A stretch of 64,000 nucleotides of DNA from NCBI GenBank assembly GCA_951406725.2, contig OX597818.1, positions 128,464,001 to 128,528,000 on the forward strand, read 5' to 3'. Shown piece after piece: positions 54,290-64,000 of the stretch. The DNA is from Octopus vulgaris. Lineage: Eukaryota. Below the pieces are notes generated by a model. It was not told the origin of the DNA, did not search any database, and was given only the letters and a program-made list of their open reading frames with translations. The stretch's first letter is position 1; each line of letters opens with the position of its first letter. A program made the position numbers and the translations under genes.

Positions 54290-54698
54290 ACTCTTACTCT
54301 TTTACTCTTTTACATGTTTCAGTCATTTGACTGCAGCCATGCTGGAGCACCGCCTTTAATCGAGCAAATCGACCCCGGGACTTATTCTTTGTAAGCCCAG
54401 TACTTATTCAATCGGTCTCTTTTGCTGAACCGCTAAGTGACGGGGACGTAAATACACCAGCATCGGTTGTCAAGCAATGTTAGGGGTACAAACACAGACA
54501 CACAAACACATACACATACATACATATACATATATATACATATATACGACAGGCTTCTTTCAGTTTCCGTCTACCAAATCCACTCACAAGGCTTTGGTCG
54601 GCCCGAGGCTGTAGCAGAAGACACTTGCCCAAGATGCCACGCAGTGGGACTGAACCCGGAACCATGTGGTTGGTTAGCAAGCTACTTACCACACAGCC
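54290..54698 (-). mobile_element. SINE family B
   Basis: Family sequence. Confidence 0.88.
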
Positions 54699-54709
54699 AT
54701 TGGTTGTAA

Positions 54710-55330
54710 AATATACGATTTTTTATGCGCAGTTATTATTCTCACTAGATCATCATTTTTCTCATTGTACTTCACAATCCTTTCTCCTAGTGCATTTTTA
54801 AAGGGGCGGGGACTGGGTTTCGACTTGGGGGTGGATTGGGGAGTTTTTTTTTGTGTGTGTTTGCGTTTTGTGTAGATGTTTTCTTTGTCAGGAGAAGGGA
54901 GTCTGGGGCATGGGCTTTTTTCTTTTATGGGAAGTCACTATAGTAAATTCCATTTCCTCTTCAGCTTCCTTCTGTTGTGTGGTTTCTATGTTTTGTTTAT
55001 TCCTTTCTTCCACTTTTCCCGTGATGCTTTCTGTGACGCTTTCTGTTGCTTTCTTGTTACTGTCTTTTTGGGGAGGGACTTCAGCCTTTTTCTGTTGTTA
55101 TTTTACTTTTTCGCAGTCCGAGCGAATGTGCCCTGTTTCTCCACATTTAAAACATCTGGGTCTACATCCCTCGACTGATACTCTAGTGCTCAGTCCCTCC
55201 CTTATAAAAATGTGGTCTGGCCTCGATTAAAGTACGTCATTTGAGGCTTGAACAACCGTCTCAAGTGTTTGGCCCTTCCAGTTTAGAGCCATAATTCTGG
55301 GTTGTCTTGTTTCTGTTCGTTATTACTTGT
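54710..55330 (-). pseudogene. LINE ORF1 fragment with gag-type zinc knuckle
   Basis: 55154->55113 encodes CFKCGETGHIRSDC (CX2CX4HX4C), preceded by VSVEGCRPR; not in the supplied ORF track. Confidence 0.8.
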
Positions 55331-55449
55331 GTGCTTTTGCATGTCTGGTGCAGCCATCTGGTTCACCAGACCTCAGTCAAATCGTCCAACCCATGCTAGC
55401 ATGGAAAGTGGATGTTAAACGATGATGATGATGATGATGATGATGTGTT

Positions 55450-56400
55450 TGAGTGTCTGCTGGTCTGAATGACTCTGTACTTGTAAGTCCTTTACTAGTG
55501 ATCTTACTGGTAAATCTTCTCTGTTTCTCATCGTGGGTTGGGTTACCTCTTCCATCACTTTGCACTTCTTCAATTCCACTATTGCCGGTGACTTCCTTCT
55601 CTCTCTTTTCCTGGCTTTCACCTCTGCAAAGTTCCCTTCATGTTTTGTTTTCTGTTTCTACTGTTTCTCTACCATTTTATTCTCCTGAATACTCTCCTCT
55701 ACCATTTCCACTGCTACACTAGGGCATTTCTTTCTCACTATGGGGGTCTCCCCTCCAACATTATCTCCAGACTTTCTTCATTTGGTAGTTCCAAAGTTTC
55801 AGGTATTTCGTCATAATATTCCGGGCTCACTGCACAAATTATCTCTAATCCGTAGCCCCATACTTCACTTGTTGGGTTCTGCTTATCATTCCTATCCTCA
55901 CCTCTTCACTTTCTCTCCTCATCTTTGAATAAAAATCCGCCACTAATATCCACTCTGGTTCTATCAATGGTGGGATTCTTCCCACCTTAATTCTGATAAT
56001 TCTTTTGTCCAAACTGTCTGGCATCAAAGTCATTTTTCTCCCAGTTGGAGGCTTTTTCTGCCTCCTCTTCTGATACAAAGGTTATCACTATCGACACATA
56101 ACTCTTACCTCTCATAAAGAACGTTATGCTGTTTCCTATCTGTTCTTCCCAAATTTCTTCTATTTCTTCCTGCGACGTCTGTTCAATTCGTCTATTTTTA
56201 TTCAAAAATGTTCTGAAAATGACTGTCTTCTTTTCCATTTTCATTTTTTCCTCCTCTGGCAGGGTCATTTTTATATTTGATCCTTCCTTCTCTACCATAC
56301 TACAATATTTCTTTATCAGCTCTCCATTCCACTGTAACATCTCTTGTTTCAGCACTCATAGGTCTAGGGGAACTCATTCTCCAGCAGCTTCTGCATAACT
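55450..56400 (-). pseudogene. Decayed L1/Tx1-like ORF1 region
   Basis: KKTVIFRTF..ITFFMRGKSYVSIVITFVSEEEAEKA, then frameshift to RIIRIKVGRIPPLIEPEWI; purine-rich low-complexity tail. Confidence 0.55.
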
Positions 56401-56700
56401 TCTCGTTTTTCTCAGTTATTCACCACCACCCAACAATGGTGGCTTCACAAAAAATTCAGCTGTCGTTCTTCCAAAAACGCAAAAAAAAAAAAGATGGGTG
56501 ACAATGGGAAGTGGTTTTCAATACAAATATATATATACTTTTTCCTGGAGATCAGAAAGATGACTTCCTTTTGCAAATACTAATAGGGCACAGAAAGTGT
56601 GTCAATAGCCAGCTGGTGGAGATGTCTTCCTGGGGCTACAAGCTACAGTAGCATCAACCCTTAAGGGTTAGCTATATTTAGGTGGCAAATATACTTCACG

Positions 56701-57175
<475 letters not shown>

Positions 57176-57855
57176 TATATATATGGGTGGCACGTAAAAA
57201 GCACCCACTACACTCACGGAGTGGTTGGCATTTGGAAGGGCATCCAGCCGTAGAAACACTGGGCCTGATGCGGCCTTCCAGCTTCACAGACCCCAGTTGA
57301 ACCGTCCAACCCATGCTAGCATGGAAAACGGATGCTAAATGATGATGATGATGATGATGATGATATATATATATATGCGTGCATGTGTGTAGAGAGAGGA
57401 GGAGGAAGGGAGTGAGAAAAAGAGTCATCTATGTCTCATACATAATGTATATACACTGTTGGCAGGCATGATTCTGTAGTTTTTGTCTGAGACAAAATAT
57501 CTTCATAGGCACGCTATGTTACAAACAGTGGACATCAGAGTGAAATGAATGCTATCCTCGCAGTGGCCTACAAAAATGCTTCTTTGAGCATTGTCGATGA
57601 CATGTACCTGCTAGTCACATGCCTTGACAAAATTTACTCACTTCAATCTATGCTGGCTGATATATTTGAAGAGTCATCAATATTGCCTTGCACAGTTGTT
57701 GGTGTGAAATCAACAGAACATTCTGACAGTTATATGTCATAACCTGTAATATACTGCTTGATGGTATATAAAAATATAACCACTCCATTATTCATATGAA
57801 TGTGCTTTTTTTCTGACTTATGGACAACTAACCGATTTTATGTATAATATATATG

Positions 57856-57935
<80 letters not shown>

Positions 57936-57936
57936 T

Positions 57937-57980
<44 letters not shown>

Positions 57981-58254
57981 TATACAATACCATGCAAAAG
58001 TCTTTGATCACTTTAAACTATTGTAAGTTTCTACTAATTGCCAACTTAAAAATGGATGTTTCGCTTTGCGGTTTTTACAGATGAAACATTAACTCTGTTG
58101 CAGTCATTTCCACATCTAATCCTTATATTTTGTAGTAGGGGTTCTGAACGAGAGGGGAAGATGCAAGACGACTACCAAAAATGACCGTGCAAAAGTTTTC
58201 GGCCACCTCACATAAACCAATCAAGACAGACTGTTTTAAAACAACAAAATGTCT

Positions 58255-58675
58255 ATACTCTTTTACTCTTTTACTTGTTTCAGTCATTTGACTGTGGCCA
58301 TGCTGGAGCACAGCCATTAGTCGAGCAAATCGACCCCAGGACTTATTCTTTGTAAGCCTAGTACTTATTCTATCAGTCTCTTTTGCTGAACCACTAAGTT
58401 ATGGGGACATAAACACACCAGCATCGGTTGTCAAGTGATGTTAAGGGTACAAACACAGACACACAAACATACACACATACACACACACACATATACATAT
58501 ATATACATATATACGACGGGCTTCTTTTAGTTTCTGTCTACCAAATCCACTCACAAGGCTTTGGTTGGCCTGAGGCTATAGTAGAAGACACTTGCCCAAG
58601 GTGCCACGCAGTGGGACTGAACCTGGAACCATGTGGTTCGTAAGCTAGCTACTTACCACACAGCCGCTCCTATGC
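58255..58675 (-). mobile_element. SINE family B
   Basis: Family sequence. Confidence 0.88.
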
Positions 58676-58715
58676 CGATAGTGAAAATTTATTACATAAT
58701 GTTCATTTCAAGGAG

Positions 58716-59588
58716 TTACTGTACATTGTTAGCTTGAGTAATTGCTTCAGTGTGTCTGGGAAGTGATGCATACAAATCCTTCACAGGTATAAGATGCCAT
58801 TCTCTGTGGCTGAGCTCCCACAACTCTTCAAGAATGCATGTATTTTTCTGACAAACTCTTCTCTTTAGTTCTGTCCACATTTGCTTGATGATATTTAAGT
58901 CAGAGCTCTGAACTGGCCTATCTTTCAGTATGGTAACACCTTCATCAGCCAGACTCTGCTGTGTTGCACACAGTCTGTCATATGGAGCTCCATCATGCTG
59001 AAAAATCTCACCTTCATCCAAATCTGGTATCAAGTTGTCCTTCAGCAACTGGATTTATTTGGCAGTATTCAAGTTGCCATCAATTTTAACCAACTTTCTT
59101 AAACCATCACTTTTTATGTTTTGAAGCACTCCGTCGGTTACGACGACGAGGGTTCCAGTTGATCCGAATCAACGGAACAGCCTGATCGTGAAATTAACGT
59201 GTAAGTGGCTGAGCACTCCACAGACACGCGTACCCTTAACGTAGTTCTCGGGGATATTCAGCGTGACACAGAGAGTGACAAGGCCGGCCCTTTGAAATAC
59301 AGGTACAACAGAAACAGGAAGTAAGAGTGAGAGAAAGTTGTGGTGAAAGAGTACAGCAGGGATCACCACCATCCCCTGCCAGAGCCTCGTGGAGCTTTAG
59401 GTGTTTTTGCTCAATAAACACTCACAATGCCCGGTCTGGGAATCGAAACCGCGATCCTATGACCGCGAGTCCGCTGCCCTAACCACTGGGCCATTGCGCC
59501 TCCATACTTTCTATGTATCCCCAAAGCATTAGACTCTTACCCCCAAACTTCACCGTTTTCATCATGTAACGTGGATTGTTTCACTTTC
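58716..59588 (-). pseudogene. Tc1-like transposase catalytic fragment, split by SINE A
   Basis: KTVKFGGKSLM..; FQHDGAP; RPVQSSDLNIIKQMW; LYASLPRHTEAITQANN. Confidence 0.85.
59123..59505 (-). mobile_element. SINE family A
   Basis: Near identical to 2102-2490; TSD-like acttt(t/c)tatgt on both sides. Confidence 0.9.
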
Positions 59589-59594
59589 TAATAA

Positions 59595-59900
59595 ACAAGA
59601 ATTTGTCAGAAGGCCTCCAGAAAAGTGAAATGATCCATGTTACATGATGAAAACAGTGAATAGTGCTAAATACATCCAGTTGCTGAAAGACAATTTAATA
59701 CCAGACTTGGGTGAAGGTGAAATTTTCCAGCGTGATGAAGCTCCATGCCACAGATCACTTGCAACACAACAGAGCCTGGCTGATGGTGTTACCATATTGA
59801 AAGATTGGCCAGCTCAGAGCCCTGACTTAAATATCATCGAGCAAATGTGGACAGAACTGAACAGAAGAGTTTGGCAGAAAAATCCACGCATTCTCGAAGA
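59595..59900 (+). pseudogene. Second, inverted Tc1-like fragment with internal deletion
   Basis: FQRDEAPCHRS..WPAQSPDLNIIEQMW; homologous to the minus-strand copy. Confidence 0.85.
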
Positions 59901-60310
59901 ATGGTGTGGATGCCTCTGATGAGAACTCAATAAGGTTCATAAATCGATTAAGGTTGTTCATTGTCTTTTCAGTCTCCAGAGAAATGGCTAAAATTTGCTC
60001 TGTTTATAATTATACCATATGTTACAGATTTATTTTGTCATACCTTAATACTGTGTGGAATAAGATCCCCGTTGACAGGCCGTTGGTATTTATACAGTCT
60101 TAAACACTTTTGGTATGCAAATTAGGGACTCCTTCAGTGAGTAACTGCTGCATTTGTTGAGTATATAAACAGTTTGGCTGCTTATTTCTCTGGAGACTGT
60201 CAGAATGGCGTGGATGCCTCTAATGGGAACCCAATGGTTGTTCAGTGTTTTTTTCAGTCTGCAGAGAAATGGCTAAAATTTCCCCTGTTTATAATTATAC
60301 CATATGTTAT
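59898..60310 (+). mobile_element. PLE-like partial tandem terminal repeat with decayed hammerhead (59912-59954)
   Basis: 59898-60025 is repeated at 60202-60310; CCT-CTGATGA-GAAC-tcaataag-GTTC-[ATAA]-ATCGAT-TA-AGG. Confidence 0.6.
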
Positions 60311-60315
60311 ACATG

Positions 60316-60363
<48 letters not shown>

Positions 60364-60865
60364 GGAGCTTGCTTCCTAGCTATATGGTTTTGGGTTCAGT
60401 CCCACTGTGTGGCACTTTGGGTAGGTGTCTTCTGCTATAGCCCCAAACCGACCGACGCTTTGTGATTGAATTCGGCAGGCGGAAGTTACTGCCATGTCTG
60501 TATATGTGCGTGTAGGTGCTTGTGCCTCTCTAAAAGAGAGAGAGGGATACATCATCATCCTTTAATATCTATTTTCCATGCCGGCATGGGTTGGATGGTT
60601 TGACCAGAGCTGGGAAGCTGCACCAGGTTCCAGTCTGATCTGGCTTGGTTTCTACAGATGAATGCCCTTCCTAACACCAACCACTTTACCACTTCACAGT
60701 GTGTGCTGGATGCTTTTAACATGTCGCCAGCTCAAATGCTTTTACGTGGCACCAGCACAGACTCTTGCAGGCCAAATCTCTTCACCAGGAGATGCAGTCT
60801 TAACCGTAATAGCTATGGTTCTGTTTTGTGGGGGTGGTGCTATGCATTTACAAAGTTTTTTCTCA

Positions 60866-61284
60866 GGCGCAGGAGTGGCTGTGTGGTAAGTAGCTTGCTA
60901 ACCACCACATGGTTCCGGGTTCAGTCCCACTGTGTGGCATCTTGGGCAAGTGTCTTCTGCTATAGCCCCAGGCCGACCAATGCCTTGTGAGTGGATTTGG
61001 TAGACGGAAACTGAAAGAAGCCCGTCGTATATATGTATATATATATATATGTATGTGTGTGTGTTTGTGTGTCTGTGTTTGTCCCCCTAGCATTGCTTGA
61101 CAACCGATGCTGGTGTGTTTACGTCCCCGTTACTTAGCGGTTCGGCAAAAAGAGACCAATAGAATAAGTGTTGGGCTTACAAAGAATAAGTCCCGGGATC
61201 GATTTGCTCAACTAAAGGTGGTGCTCCAGCATGGCCGCAGTCAAATGACTGAAACAAGTAAAAGAAAGAAAGAAAGAAAGAAAG
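60866..61284 (+). mobile_element. SINE family B, full length
   Basis: ggcgcaggagtggc head to (aaag)n tail. Confidence 0.9.
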
Positions 61285-62053
61285 TATAAGCATGTCATCT
61301 TATGCACATGCACACACACACATGTATTCACACAAATATGTATTAAGTATTCACACTGTATCACAAATATTCACTTGCAAAAACACATTTAGAAATAGAC
61401 ACTCTCGAGCCCAGAATCACACACAAGAACACATTTAAAATTGACATACACTACACACACACATACATATATGTACATGCACACATGCAAGAACACACAT
61501 ACTTCCACACATTTAAAGAATTGTGTATTCCCATAGTCGTGGTCTAGTAGCTAGGGCATTGCTCTCATGATCGTAAGATTATGGTTTCAATTCCTGGACT
61601 GGGCAGTGCATTGTGTTCTTGAGCAAAAAAACTTCATCTCATGTTGATCCAGTCTACTGAGCCACAGATAAGTAGCCCTGTGATCTCGGTCACTCAATGT
61701 CATGGATATTGAGTGACCAGTGCCATGACTCCGAAGACATGAGACAGTTTTGCCAGTATTCCCAATTATTTCCAATCACAGAATTAAAAAGTTGTATATT
61801 CCCAATTATGTAAACACATAACTCCTACATTAAGAGACATTCTGATATATAGCACTGAATGCTTATACATGCACATACACACACAAGCACTTCGTATATA
61901 CATATATAGATAAGCATCCATAGATGCAATGTCGGATAAAGACAGATGCAATCATGCATGTATGACACATACACATTCACACACTGATATACATATGTAT
62001 ACACACATATGCATATGCATGCATTTATGTGTATGTATATGAATTGGAGAGTG

Positions 62054-62118
<65 letters not shown>

Positions 62119-62121
<3 letters not shown>

Positions 62122-62785
62122 CCACCCCCACCACCAATACCGATGAACACTGTTCTCACCCCCACCACCAATACCGGTGAACACTGTTCTCACCGCCACC
62201 ACCGCCAATACCGGTGAACACTGTTCTCACCCCCCACCACCAATACCAGTATACCCTGTTCTCACCATCTACACCGGATACGCCTTACTCATCTACACCG
62301 GGTACGCCCTACTCCCTCCTCCTCCCCCCACTACCCCTTCTCCTCATATGCTTTCACTGTGAAAAGACAAGCTGCTAGCGCCATAGCTCATCAACTGCCC
62401 ACCGATCTTACGCTTCCTCCTGACACTGCCTCATTCCGACCATCCCCTTTAGTACCCTCCCGCCTCGTAATATCCTACGTTTTTATTTCTTAGGAACCTA
62501 CACCAACCCTTCCTGCCATCGTTCCTCCTTACCCCAACCTTCCCCACTGGTTGCTCCCCTATATTACTCCCCTATATTACAACTGGACTCCCCAACTCAA
62601 CTCTAGAATATCTGTATTTCTTTCCTCTACCTAATTACGTTACTCAGTGACGATAAATGCTGTGACTACAAAGACCCGGGCTGCTTTCTGCAGCAATTCC
62701 ACATACCCCCTACCCATTCTAAGTACCCCGGATCCCCAAAGTACCCTGGATCCCCAAAGTACCCCGATCCCCAAAGTACCCCGGA
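62119..62785. repeat. C-rich block with 33-36-bp, 21-bp and 19-bp minisatellites
   Basis: ccaccaataccggtgaacactgttctcacc x4; catctacaccgg.tacgcc.tact x2; aagtaccccggatcccca x4. Confidence 0.8.
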
Positions 62786-63406
62786 CCTCGTTGCCCCCGT
62801 GCCGCTGACACGTTAAAATGCTCGAACCGATCGTGACGATGCCGGACCCTCCGGCCCCTGTGCAGGTGGCACGTAAAAAGCACCCAATCCACTCACGGAG
62901 TGGTTGGCGTTAGGAAGGGCATCCAGCCGTAGAAACTCTGCCAGATTCAGACTGGAGCCTGGTGCGGCCCCTGGCTTCCCAGACCCGGTCAAACCGTCCA
63001 ACCCGTGCTAGCGCGGAAAGCGGACGTTAAACGATGATGATGATGATGATGATGATATATATATATATATATGATCTTATATCTGAATCTGTGCTTAAGT
63101 GAAGGTGTATGAATATACATTGGAGTTTAGGTCTGTATATACACACATGCATGCATGCATACACGTTTACACACACAAAGACACACATTCATATAACATA
63201 TACACATACATAAAACATATGCACGTTCATACATACACACATACATGAATTACACACACTCACACACGTACACACATAGCAATAAGCAAACAGTTTTCTT
63301 TAGATTATGGCTTTCTAGGTTTAACTTCGTTTGCTCCAAAAGAATTCATATTGATGGCTGCAAACATTTGAAATGAAAATCATTCAAAACATCCATTTTC
63401 TTGCAT

Positions 63407-63565
63407 TCTTCTTCTTCTTCTTCTTCTTCTTCTTCTTCTTTCTTTCTTTCTTTCTCTCTTTCTCTCTTTCTTTCTCTTCTTCTTCTTCTTCTTCTTCTTC
63501 TTTTCTTTCTTTCTTTCTCTTTTCTTCTTCTTCTTCTTCTTCTTCTTCTTCTTCTTCTTCTTTTC

Positions 63566-63603
<38 letters not shown>

Positions 63604-63632
63604 CTCTTTCTTCTTCTCCTTCTTTCTCTTCT

Positions 63633-63683
<51 letters not shown>

Positions 63684-63712
63684 CTCTTTCTTCTTCTCCT
63701 TCTTTCTCTTCT

Positions 63713-63743
<31 letters not shown>

Positions 63744-63878
63744 CTTCTTCTTCTTTCCTTCCTTTCTTTCTTTCTTTCTTTCTTTCTTTCTCTCTCTCTT
63801 TCTTTCTCTTCTTCTTCTTCTTCTTCTTCTTCTTCTTCTTCTTCTTCTTCTTCTTCTTCTTCTTCTTCTTCTTCTTCT

Positions 63879-63915
<37 letters not shown>

Positions 63916-63968
63916 TTCTTCTTCTTCTTCTTCTTCTTCTTCTTCTTCTTCTTCTTCTTCTTCTTCTT
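63407..63968. repeat. ~560-bp pure homopyrimidine (TTC/TTTC/TC) tract
   Basis: No purines seen on the + strand across the interval. Confidence 0.95.
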
Positions 63969-64000
63969 TATATTTGCTCGTGTACTGCTGTTGTTGCTGC

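Noticed and set aside
57545-57742. 65-aa ORF in non-repetitive DNA (likewise 29898-30110)
   Set aside because: Length expected by chance; no motif or splice support

Overview
AT-rich, repeat-saturated animal DNA with no host gene that I can support. The SINE families and the TA/TATG/TAA microsatellite load look like octopus or another coleoid cephalopod; this is my inference, not a database result. Almost all listed ORFs are microsatellite or SINE read-throughs. Real content: at least 5 SINE families, 6 non-autonomous Helitrons, and decayed mariner/Tc1, piggyBac-type, RTE, R4/Dong and Tx1-like elements. There are also several Penelope-like elements (PLEs), including a young one with an open GIY-YIG ORF and an ~880-bp inverted arm. 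Main hidden signal: about 7 minimal hammerhead-ribozyme-topology motifs with variant catalytic cores, from apparently unrelated sequence families and mostly in or near PLE-like termini. One (291-335, minus strand) is textbook-intact apart from U4C. Also notable: a Helitron interleaved with copies of its own flank, a SINE-head tandem array with 3-mer higher order, and many fold-back structures. Coordinates were read by eye; boundaries of decayed elements are approximate.
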